A DNA stretch of 64,000 nucleotides from a virus. The notes beneath the pieces are model-generated. The model worked only from the letters and a program-made list of their open reading frames with translations, was not told the origin of the DNA and did no database searches. The stretch lies in the IMG/VR virus record IMGVR_UViG_3300010224_000005. The stretch is one strand, 5' to 3'. The translations under genes were made by a program, and so were the position numbers. This document shows positions 54,732 to 62,832 of this stretch, in pieces (within the stretch, counting starts at the first letter, position 1; each line of letters opens with the position of its first letter).

Positions 54732-56038
54732 GTATCTGGGCCACCATCCTCGTCCTCGACGACGACCACACCGACACCTGCACCATCTGGCAGCCGGCCG
54801 AATCCGACGCCCGCGTCCAGATCTGCACGCCCACCGGCTCGTGTGACTGCGGACGCCCGAACCAGCCCTACCTCTACAGCGGCTCCCACATCCTCCCGGC
54901 CCCCGACGACGCGCGCGGCGGCAGCGTCCAACTCGCCGAAGTGCCCTCCCACATCACCCGCGACGGCCGCGACGACAGCCCCGAAGACACCGTCCCCTGG
55001 CCATGGCTACGCCTGTCCACCACCGCCCTGGACACCATCCTTGACGTATCGCAGGCCCGGCAGCTTGCCGGCGCCCTCACCAGGTGGCTAGCCACCCAAC
55101 CCGCCACAGACCTCGCGACGTCTACCTGGGCCCACGGCCGCGTCGCCGCCCTGTACGAAACGTGGAAAGCGACCGGCGCTCCGCCGGCGGGCACCTCGCT
55201 CAGCCGGTGGTGGGACCAGCACCTGCAGCAGCTCGGCGAAGCGATCTTTACCGAGGCCGCCCCACACCACCACCTCCACCCTGCCGTCGGCGCCTGGCAC
55301 TCGGCCTTCGACCGCGCGAACACGGCCGAAACCCGCGTCCACGAACTCACCAGCCGCCTCGAGCACGTCCGCGCGACCACCGCCCGCATGCGCGCCATCA
55401 CCCGCACCTGGGAGCCAGCCGCCGACCTCGTCGACGCCGCCCTCAACGGCACCGACCCGCTCCAAGAACACAGCCCCTCACCGAGCCCGGAAGAGACGCC
55501 CCGCACCGCCGACGACAGCGCCCGCGCGGGGGCCCGCGTGCCGCTGGACGAGCTGTCGCCGCCCCTGCTGACAGCCCTGTACGACGAGCGCGACCAGCTG
55601 CGCGCCCTCGTCGACCGCGGCTGGGACCAGCACATGTCCTTCACCCTCATCCGCCCGGACGGCACCGACGAGCAGCTGCCCTGCGCCGACTGGTGTTACG
55701 CCTGCCGCCTCAGCCGCCTCGAAGCCGACACCGACGATGCCCGCGCCGAGCTGGAAGGCGCCCGGGCCACGATCGACCACATGGCCAAGGCCATGGACTG
55801 GATCTGCGGCCACGACCGTCAGGGCCTGGACCACCTCGACGAAGCCCAGTACGAAGCCCGCGCCCGCGAAGCAGCCGTCCAGCAGGCCCGCCAGTGGGCC
55901 GCACGCGCCCGACTTGCCGAGGCCACCGCCGGCCAGTTCCAGGCCGTGGTGGAGGCCCACCGCACGCACCTGGAGCTCACCGATCCAATTCTGCTGTCGA
56001 AGCTGACTGCCGCCCTCCTCGCATCCTCGAAAGGCTGA
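54728..56038 (+). CDS. Hypothetical protein (long helical C-terminal half)
   Basis: GTGA overlap. In frame with ORF 54314..56038. Confidence 0.5.
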   Translation: MSIWATILVLDDDHTDTCTIWQPAESDARVQICTPTGSCDCGRPNQPYLYSGSHILPAPDDARGGSVQLAEVPSHITRDGRDDSPEDTVPWPWLRLSTTALDTILDVSQARQLAGALTRWLATQPATDLATSTWAHGRVAALYETWKATGAPPAGTSLSRWWDQHLQQLGEAIFTEAAPHHHLHPAVGAWHSAFDRANTAETRVHELTSRLEHVRATTARMRAITRTWEPAADLVDAALNGTDPLQEHSPSPSPEETPRTADDSARAGARVPLDELSPPLLTALYDERDQLRALVDRGWDQHMSFTLIRPDGTDEQLPCADWCYACRLSRLEADTDDARAELEGARATIDHMAKAMDWICGHDRQGLDHLDEAQYEARAREAAVQQARQWAARARLAEATAGQFQAVVEAHRTHLELTDPILLSKLTAALLASSKG

Positions 56039-56041
56039 TCC

Positions 56042-56179
56042 GTGCGCGAACACCTCGCATTCCTCGGCATCGACCTGCTGCTCTTCGCCCTCCTGTTCCT
56101 CGCCATGCCCTGGCTCGCGATCGCCTTCCGGAAGTACTGCAAGGCCATCGACCGGCTGCTGACCAAGCGGAAGGGCTGA
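56042..56179 (+). CDS. Possible 45-aa membrane peptide
   Basis: My own translation gives VREHLAFLGIDLLLFALLFLAMPWLAIAFRKYCKAIDRLLTKRKG. It fills the gap between two genes and is below the ORF-track length cutoff. Confidence 0.35.
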   Translation: MREHLAFLGIDLLLFALLFLAMPWLAIAFRKYCKAIDRLLTKRKG

Positions 56180-56183
56180 CCCG

Positions 56184-57818
56184 GTGACCGACCAGACCAG
56201 CACCGACTTCGACGGCTGCAACAGCGAGTGCCGCCGCGCCGGAACCCACACCCTCCGCTGGGGTGGCTGCGAACACGCACCCGAACCCGAGCCCACCGTC
56301 AGCATGTCCGCCGTGTACACCGACCCGTCCGACGGCTACCCGGCGATCGGCTTCGACACCTACACCGCCGCCCAACTCGCCGAGCTGATCGAGCCCTCAC
56401 TCACCAGCGCCGGCCCCGGCTGGCCGATCCCGCTCGATGCGGTAACGGCGCGCGCCACCGCCCTCCGGATCGCCGGTGCGATCGTGCATCGCCATGACGA
56501 ACAGCGGCCCGCTACCCCGGTGTCCTCCCCGCCGCCGGACCAGACCGACCAGTGCTCCTGCCGGACCCACCCCACCCTGACAGCGCAGATCGGCTACCCG
56601 GTTCGGTGCCCGCACTGCCCGCCCACCGCCGGGCCTATCCCGCCCACCCACTGGACGAAGCACGTACAACGCCACCACCCAGAAGCCGCCTCTGCCGTGC
56701 GGCCGCCGGCCGCCGACCGGGGCGCCGTCTACCGCGAACTCGCGGACCAGCAGACGCAACTCGCGGTCGCCGATGACCTCGCGCGCCGACGGGACGCCGC
56801 TGCCGCGCGCCGCCAGCTCGTGAAGGAGCTGCGCCGTCTGGCCGCCGAGGCGCCCCAGCAGGTGCCGGGGCCGGGCGCCGACCTGATCGAGGACTACCTT
56901 CGGGTCCTGCGCGGCCAGGGCCCCGAGCCCGACCTGTCCAGTCTGCCGCCGGAGCAGCGGGAGGCGGCCGCAGGGCAGTCCGAGATCGTGAGGGCGCTGG
57001 CCGGCCGAGACCCGGAGCTTCCTCCTCTCGACCGCGATCCGGTTGCCCGACGGCTCGGTCTGCACGCAACCGCCGCCGAGGCGCAGCAGCCCGACGCCGA
57101 GGCGCGGCAGGCAGCGACTGAAGCGACCGAATCCTCTACCGGGCATCCGCCGGGCTGTTGGTACGACGCCGAGGCTGCCGAACACGCCATGCTCGAAGAA
57201 CGCCCGGAAGGCCAGCGCACCCGGGCCCGGGCGGTCGAGGCCGAGAAGCACGACTACATCGACGCGGTCGAGTGCGCGATCGGCCTCACCGTCGACTGCG
57301 GCGGCACCCCCGGCGTACACCGCGTCCGCGACGCCGTCCTCGCCGTCCGCGACCGGGAGATGAACCGCCTCCGCGCCGAAGTCGGACGCCTCGGCGACTG
57401 GTGCCGCACCGTCAGCGACCACGCCACCACCACGGCGGCCGAGCGGGACCGCTACCACGACGAACTCGCCGTCAACGAGAAAGACCGCGTCGCCACCCTC
57501 CAACGCGCCACCCAGTACGCCGACCTCCTCACCCAAGCCCACCAGATCATCAGCATGCAGAAAGACCTCATCGGCGCCGAACGCCGCATCGTCGCCACCG
57601 CTCTCGAGCACCGCGACCAGGAGCACGTGAAAGCCACCACCTGCCCGGGCTGCGGCCGTGACCACCTCACCCCGCCCTCCGCGAAGCCCTCGACACATAC
57701 GCCCCCATCCGCCACGAAGCCGCGACCGTCGGCCACGTCGCCGAACACCCCGTCCACCCCGACGACATCACCCGCTGGCGCGCCGCCCTCAACACCACCA
57801 ACCACGCAGGAACAGTGA
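56184..57818 (+). CDS. Hypothetical protein; the 3' end (after about 57660) is probably read in the wrong frame
   Basis: ORF track. The P/S/T-rich tail has atypical codon-position GC, while the -1 frame looks coding and ends in a GTGA overlap with the next gene. Confidence 0.5.
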   Translation: MTDQTSTDFDGCNSECRRAGTHTLRWGGCEHAPEPEPTVSMSAVYTDPSDGYPAIGFDTYTAAQLAELIEPSLTSAGPGWPIPLDAVTARATALRIAGAIVHRHDEQRPATPVSSPPPDQTDQCSCRTHPTLTAQIGYPVRCPHCPPTAGPIPPTHWTKHVQRHHPEAASAVRPPAADRGAVYRELADQQTQLAVADDLARRRDAAAARRQLVKELRRLAAEAPQQVPGPGADLIEDYLRVLRGQGPEPDLSSLPPEQREAAAGQSEIVRALAGRDPELPPLDRDPVARRLGLHATAAEAQQPDAEARQAATEATESSTGHPPGCWYDAEAAEHAMLEERPEGQRTRARAVEAEKHDYIDAVECAIGLTVDCGGTPGVHRVRDAVLAVRDREMNRLRAEVGRLGDWCRTVSDHATTTAAERDRYHDELAVNEKDRVATLQRATQYADLLTQAHQIISMQKDLIGAERRIVATALEHRDQEHVKATTCPGCGRDHLTPPSAKPSTHTPPSATKPRPSATSPNTPSTPTTSPAGAPPSTPPTTQEQ

Positions 57819-57822
57819 GCAC

Positions 57823-58008
57823 GTGACCCCCAAGCAGACGACCGTCGACGCCCTCCTCGACGCCTACGCCGACCGCGGCACCGCCATCAACAACGCCCTG
57901 GCCATCCTCAACGCCGCCATCGAAGCCCCCATCACCGACTACGCCAAACAACGACCCCTACAAGACCTCGCCCGCGACGTACGCGCCGCCCTCACCACAA
58001 CCAAATAG
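57823..58008 (+). CDS. Small hypothetical protein
   Basis: GTG in frame with ORF 57658..58008. Good GC3 from this point onwards. Confidence 0.5.
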   Translation: MTPKQTTVDALLDAYADRGTAINNALAILNAAIEAPITDYAKQRPLQDLARDVRAALTTTK

Positions 58009-58011
58009 CCC

Positions 58012-58242
58012 ATGCGCATCACCAAGCTCACACCCAACCAAGCCCGTACCGCCGGCCAACTCCTCCAGCGCGCCCTCGACTGGATGCGTCGCTTCCGCGA
58101 GCAATTCCGCCAGTTCGCCCTCCGACTCCTCGAAAAGGTCCGCGCGACCGCCTGCCACCTTCGCCGCCTAGAGCCCGAGCGCCCCCTGCCGCGCCGGCCC
58201 GCATGGGCCAGCCCCTACGGCCCACCACCGAAGCGGGCCTGA
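58012..58242 (+). CDS. Small basic hypothetical protein
   Basis: ORF track. Confidence 0.4.
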   Translation: MRITKLTPNQARTAGQLLQRALDWMRRFREQFRQFALRLLEKVRATACHLRRLEPERPLPRRPAWASPYGPPPKRA

Positions 58243-58923
58243 ACGCCCGAACCGTCACCGAGTGGCATGATGCAGCCAGGACGGAGCACCGCCCGGCCGG
58301 ATCACCGGACGGTCCACGCAGGCCCGCGCGACCGCCGCGCTCCCGGCTGGGGTCGAACCCCGGGCCTGCACCAACCCCAAGGAGCGTCCACCGCGTGAAC
58401 GAACTCCTCCAGCGGCGCCACACCCAACTCGAGCACACCGCGCCCTACACTGGGCGCCACGGCAAGACACGTACGCCGGAGCCGGACGCGGCCAAGGTCT
58501 CTCGGGACCCGTGTAGGAAACCCAAACCGCCGGCGGCCGCGGGAATCCGAGGGCGGCACGCGACGCCCGAACCGCAAGGCCAAGGGTCACAGACTCCGCG
58601 TGACGGCAGGACGCGCACGCCCAACCGGGCACCCCCGGGTGCCAGTCGGCCAAGGCCCACGGGGCCCGCGTGAACGCCCCTCTTTCGGGAGGGGCGTTCT
58701 GGCATCCTGACCGTGCGGCATCCGGGTGCAAGACCCGGCGCTCACGCCTCGCGCTGCTTGAGAGGTGGCCCGACTGCCCGCGGGAGTCGGAGGACCCCTG
58801 TGCCGCACCCGGCCCCCTGAACATGCATACGCGTTCGCACAGGTGCACCAGCAACCCATCGGCTGAGCCAGGAGTAGCGTTTCTCCTTTGCGCGTTCCGT
58901 AATGGCTCGGCTACGGTGAGCAT

Positions 58924-59063
58924 CGCCCAGGTGCGCAGGCAACGGTTACTTCATTTGGGATGACGAGGTCGCGGGTTCAAATCCCGCCCGGCCAACAGCG
59001 TTGGCCGGTGGCTCAGTTCGGCAGAGCGCGTACGTGCCCGTCGCCGACCTTGATCTCTGGGCA
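58924..59063 (+). ncRNA. Y-RNA-like module 1 with a permuted tRNA-like domain (YrlA-type)
   Basis: 5' box CCCAGGTGCGCAGGC can pair with 3' box GCCGACCTTGATCTCTGGG. Internal T-arm GCGGG-TTCAAAT-CCCGC, capped helix CCGGCCAA-CAGCG-TTGGCCGG and D-arm GCTC-AGTTCGGCA-GAGC. Confidence 0.7.
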
Positions 59064-59082
59064 ACAACTTCAGATTTCTGCA

Positions 59083-59142
59083 CCTCCCGGTGCGCAGGCC
59101 GCGGCTACTTCATTGCATGGAACCCGCCGCAGCCGTCCTTGA
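59083..59142 (+). ncRNA. Y-RNA-like module 2 (short, no tRNA-like domain; YrlB-type)
   Basis: CCTCCCGGTGCGCAGGC...CCGTCCTTGATCTCGGGAGG has the same boxes closing a small GCGG...CCGC hairpin. Confidence 0.6.
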
Positions 59143-59164
59143 TCTCGGGAGGCCCAAGCATCCG

Positions 59165-59327
59165 GGGGCGCCCGGTGCGCAGGCAGGTGGTACTTCTCCT
59201 GCTAAGAGAGAGACCCGGGTTCGAATCCCGGCCGATGCTGCTGAAGATCCCTCGGGGTCTGAGGCTCGGTAGCTCAGCGGCCCAGAGCGCTTCGTCCCAT
59301 CCGCCGACCTTGATCTCGGGCGCCCCA
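59165..59327 (+). ncRNA. Y-RNA-like module 3 with a permuted tRNA-like domain (YrlA-type, longer acceptor-like arm)
   Basis: GGGGCGCCCGGTGCGCAGGC...GCCGACCTTGATCTCGGGCGCCCC. T-arm CCGGG-TTCGAAT-CCCGG and D-arm GCTC-AGCGGCCCA-GAGC. Confidence 0.7.
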
Positions 59328-59364
59328 CTGCTTGCGCTTCCCCTCCACAGCGAGGGGCTTTCCC

Positions 59365-61008
59365 ATGGCTAGGTTCAACCAGCGCGGCACGCGGCCGACA
59401 GCCGTATCCCCGGTCACCACGACCGGCGAGACGGCCCGCACCCACGAGGGCGGCGTCGGCCATCTCCGCGATGCACGCTCCGAGCTCTACCTGCTCGCGG
59501 TGTCGAACATGGTCGGCACCGACACCTTCTACGAGGACGGCAACGGCCGCGACGACCGCTACGAGCGACTCGTGCGCCAGCTCGCTGTCGAGGACCCGGA
59601 GTGGTCCGCGGGCCTCCTCGGCTGGCTGCGTGGCGAGGGCAACATGCGCACCGCGGCGATCGTCGGCGCCGCGGAGTTTGTCAAGGCACGGCTGGACGCT
59701 GGGCCGGAGTCACTGCGGAACTACGGCACCACTGGTCTGAACCGGAAGGTCGTCGCCTCCGTCCTCCAGCGACCCGACGAGCCCGGCGAGTTGCTGGCCT
59801 ACTGGACGTCGCGGTACGGGCGCCGGATTCCGAAGCCGGTGAAGCGCGGCATCGAGGACGCGCTCGGAGAGCTGTACACCGAACGCTCGCTGCTGAAGTA
59901 CGACACCGACAGCAAGGGCTTCCGCTTCGGCGACGTCATCGAACTCGTCCACCCGGCCCCGTCCGCGCTCTGGCAGGGCGACCTTTTCGAGCACGCCATC
60001 GACCGCCGCCACAACCGGGATAAGCCGATCCCCGAGTCGCTGCAGCTCCTGCACACCCGCGCGGAGATCGCGAAGTGGGACGTCGAGAAGCGGCGCGCGC
60101 TCCTGGCGCGGCCGGATGCCGCGGACTTCCTGAAGCACGCCGGCATGACGTGGGAGGCACTGGCCGGCTGGCTACAGGGCCCGATGGACAAGACCGCATG
60201 GGAAGCGGCCATCCCGTCCATGGGCTACATGGCCCTCCTCAGGAACCTCCGCAACTTCGACCAGGCTGGTGTCTCGGACGAGGTCGCCGAGACCGTGGCC
60301 CGGAAGCTCGCGGACCCGGAGCAGGTCGCGCGGTCCCGTCAGCTGCCGATGCGGTTCTACTCGGCGTACCGCGCGGCCCCGTCGCTGCGGTGGGGACATG
60401 CGCTGGAGAAGGCGCTCACGCTGTCCCTGGACAACATCCCGGCGCTGCCGGGCCGGACGCTGGTTCTGGTGGACACGTCGTCGTCGATGGAGGACACGTT
60501 CTCGAAGGACGGCACGCTCATGCGGTGGGATGCCGCAGCGCTGTTCGGCATCGCGCTCGGGCAGCGGTGCGCGCAGGCGGACGTGGTGTCGTTCTCGTCG
60601 AGCCGCTACTACATGAGTGACCCGCCCGGCGCGAAGACAAAGGCGTTCCCGCTGCAGCGCGGCGAGTCCGTACTGCGCGCGGTCGGCAGGTGGAAGGACG
60701 GCGGCTGGTTCCTCGGTGGCGGCACAGACACGGCACTCGCCCTCCGCCAGGAATTCAAGGCGCATGACCGGGTCGTCATCGTCACGGACGAGCAGGCCGG
60801 CCACGACCTCACCGAAGTAGACCGGTCCATCCCGCAGACGACCCCCATGTACACCTGGAACCTCGCCGGATACGAAGCCGGACACGCCCCCTCCGGCAAA
60901 AGCCAGCGACACACCTTCGGAGGACTCACCGACGCGGCCTTCCGCACGATCCCGCTCCTCGAAGCAGGCCAGCACACATCGTGGCCCTGGACCACCCCCG
61001 TAGCCTGA
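59365..61008 (+). CDS. rsr: Ro60-related protein (TROVE domain plus vWA domain)
   Basis: N-terminal TROVE-like region (HEGGVGHLRDARSELYLLAVSNMVGTDTFYEDG...EWSAGLLGWLRGEGNMRTAAIVGAAEF). C-terminal vWA with MIDAS LVLVDTSSSMED. Immediately downstream of the Y-RNA-like modules. Confidence 0.85.
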   Translation: MARFNQRGTRPTAVSPVTTTGETARTHEGGVGHLRDARSELYLLAVSNMVGTDTFYEDGNGRDDRYERLVRQLAVEDPEWSAGLLGWLRGEGNMRTAAIVGAAEFVKARLDAGPESLRNYGTTGLNRKVVASVLQRPDEPGELLAYWTSRYGRRIPKPVKRGIEDALGELYTERSLLKYDTDSKGFRFGDVIELVHPAPSALWQGDLFEHAIDRRHNRDKPIPESLQLLHTRAEIAKWDVEKRRALLARPDAADFLKHAGMTWEALAGWLQGPMDKTAWEAAIPSMGYMALLRNLRNFDQAGVSDEVAETVARKLADPEQVARSRQLPMRFYSAYRAAPSLRWGHALEKALTLSLDNIPALPGRTLVLVDTSSSMEDTFSKDGTLMRWDAAALFGIALGQRCAQADVVSFSSSRYYMSDPPGAKTKAFPLQRGESVLRAVGRWKDGGWFLGGGTDTALALRQEFKAHDRVVIVTDEQAGHDLTEVDRSIPQTTPMYTWNLAGYEAGHAPSGKSQRHTFGGLTDAAFRTIPLLEAGQHTSWPWTTPVA

Positions 61009-61013
61009 CCAGG

Positions 61014-61226
61014 ATGACCGACGCTGACACAGCACGGCGCCTCGAGACGGCGATGCTACGCATCGGCGCCCGCATGCAACGCTCCCTCAAGCGGACGCTC
61101 ACGATCCCGCCGGAGCCGTCGCCTCTGCCCTCGCCAGACGACCCGCTGCACGACCTGCTCCGAGCACAGCACCGCCTCATCGCACACCTACGTGGCCGGA
61201 GCTGCAGGTATGGCACTTGCGGCTGA
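61014..61226 (+). CDS. Small hypothetical protein downstream of the Ro60 gene
   Basis: ATG in frame with ORF 60981..61226. Confidence 0.35.
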   Translation: MTDADTARRLETAMLRIGARMQRSLKRTLTIPPEPSPLPSPDDPLHDLLRAQHRLIAHLRGRSCRYGTCG

Positions 61227-61418
61227 TCACCGCCCGACGCTGAACCTGAAGACCGGGCCGACCGGATGACAACCAGCACCAGAGTGAGAGCCACACCCCT
61301 CCGACCCTGGAAACCGATTCACGCGAGGCTCCCTTGAACCGCCTCCGCTCAGCGCCCCTCATCGGCACACTGGCCCGTACACGAACTCGCCGCCCCAGAA
61401 AGCCCTGAGAGGACCACC

Positions 61419-61631
61419 ATGGCCGTGAAGAAGGTCGAACACTCCGCCCCGAAGAAACAAGCCATGACCCTCGACGACCTCGACGCCTTCGTACAAGACG
61501 CCCGCCGCTCCGGAGCCACCGGCACCGAGCACCTCGACGCCGGCGTCACCTGGGGCGGCAAGCTGCAGAAACTCGCCGTCGAAGTCGACCCGGCCCCCAC
61601 CGACCAACCGTCCCTCACCAAGGAGAGCTGA
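61419..61631 (+). CDS. Small hypothetical protein
   Basis: ORF track. GAGAGGA RBS-like sequence upstream. Confidence 0.45.
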   Translation: MAVKKVEHSAPKKQAMTLDDLDAFVQDARRSGATGTEHLDAGVTWGGKLQKLAVEVDPAPTDQPSLTKES

Positions 61632-61804
61632 CAACCGCCAAGCCCCAGGCCCTCGCTCACCGGCCCAGGCACAGCCCCCGGCCCCCGAACGCCCCTGCAC
61701 ACGAAGGGCGTTCGCCTTGTGCACGCAGCATGAAGGTCCTGAGCGTTTGTCAGACGAACGTGCCATGCTTCCTTCAGCTCCGCCAGGAAGGAGGTGAAGC
61801 AAGC

Positions 61805-61960
61805 ATGTCGAAGAAGGAGAAGGCCAGCCTCATCATGGCCGTCGCCCTGATCGGAAGCGCGTACCTCGGCAGGGTCGCCAAGCAGCAGGGCGCCGCCCTC
61901 GGACTGTCCGCAGCCGTCGTCAGCATGATCGGCTACGCCGTGGCCTACACCATCGCATAA
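61805..61960 (+). CDS. 51-aa hydrophobic peptide (two TM-like segments)
   Basis: Strong GGAAGGAGGTG RBS then ATG. MSKKEKASLIMAVALIGSAYLG...LSAAVVSMIGYAVAYTIA. The local GC dips. Confidence 0.5.
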   Translation: MSKKEKASLIMAVALIGSAYLGRVAKQQGAALGLSAAVVSMIGYAVAYTIA

Positions 61961-62049
61961 CCCGCAGCACCAGGGCCCCGCCCTCCCCGTGGCCAGCAGG
62001 GAGGCCGGGGCCCCGTCATACCGCGCACCAGTCTGCACCCAAGCGCACC

Positions 62050-62457
62050 TCAACACACCCCGACGGCGAACGCCTCAATCTCAGCCAGCGTGTACCCCTG
62101 CGGCCGCGGCCGCGCGAGCTCCTCAAGGCACCCGCCGCCCTCACCGCCCAGGACGTACCCGTACGCCACGAGAGCAGCCTGCCGAGTCGCATAGTGGCCC
62201 GGCAACCAGCCGAACCACTCGCAGGCCAGGGTGAAGTCTCCATCAGCGTGCGGGTAGAGGCGCAGCATCCCCTTCTCACCGACGGACCGAAACCCGCCCT
62301 CCTCGCCAGAGGCGTAGAGATCCGGCCGGGCGAGACGTTCCAGGGCTTCAACGGTCAGGGCAGAGCCCGCAGAGGCCGCCTCGAGGACGCCACCGCGCCC
62401 GCCGAGGCGAATACCGTGCGCAACGTGCTCGGCGTCGAGACTCTCGTACAAGGACAT
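62050..62457 (-). CDS. Hypothetical protein
   Basis: ATG (MSLYESLDAEH) in frame with ORF 62050..62505. Confidence 0.5.
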   Translation of the reverse strand: MSLYESLDAEHVAHGIRLGGRGGVLEAASAGSALTVEALERLARPDLYASGEEGGFRSVGEKGMLRLYPHADGDFTLACEWFGWLPGHYATRQAALVAYGYVLGGEGGGCLEELARPRPQGYTLAEIEAFAVGVC

Positions 62458-62695
62458 GCGGGCCACGCTACGGCTCCCATACACCGCGGCCACTAGACTC
62501 CCCACAGGCGCTCAACGCCGCAGCACTCCCACCCCCCACACAGGGGCGGCCAGGGAAGGGATACCGGACCAGCCCCACGGGGCCACCCGGCAAGGCTGCC
62601 GCACCACGGCCTGAACGCGGACCCTGCCACCCCACCCACAAAAACTCGGACAACGACACCAGCAACACCGGGAAGGTGCACGCCCCGAGTCAACC

Positions 62696-62722
62696 GAAGG
62701 CCCCGCCACGGCGGGGCCTTCG
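62696..62722. terminator. GC-rich stem-loop downstream of the leftward GIY-YIG operon
   Basis: GAAGGCCCCGC-CACG-GCGGGGCCTTC. Confidence 0.55.
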
Positions 62723-62832
62723 GCGTACCCCCAGCCCCCACACCCACAACCCCATAGACCGGCCGCGCCACGCCCGAACCCATCACCCGTAGGAAGACAC
62801 TGCCGCCGCGCCACAGAGCCCGCTTCGGTGAG

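Noticed and set aside
57644-57650. Canonical-looking slippery heptamer C_CCG_GGC in the zero frame of 56184..57818
   Set aside because: After a -1 slip here the ribosome would meet the TGA at 57659-57661 after five codons. This site therefore cannot give access to the coding-looking -1 frame, which starts after that stop.
58203-58673. 156-aa ORF, and a possible shorter GTG start at 58395 after AAGGAG
   Set aside because: The sequence is R/P/G-rich and low-complexity with no recognisable motif, and it lies in a region full of RNA-like stems. A short peptide from the 58395 start cannot be excluded.
58960-59300. T-arm and D-arm sequences that look like tRNA genes (GGTTCAAATCC, GGTTCGAATCC, GCTCAGTTCGGCAGAGC)
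   Set aside because: The arms occur in the order T-arm, capped helix, D-arm. There is no anticodon arm and no free acceptor end. That fits a permuted tRNA-like domain of a Y RNA, not a functional tRNA gene.
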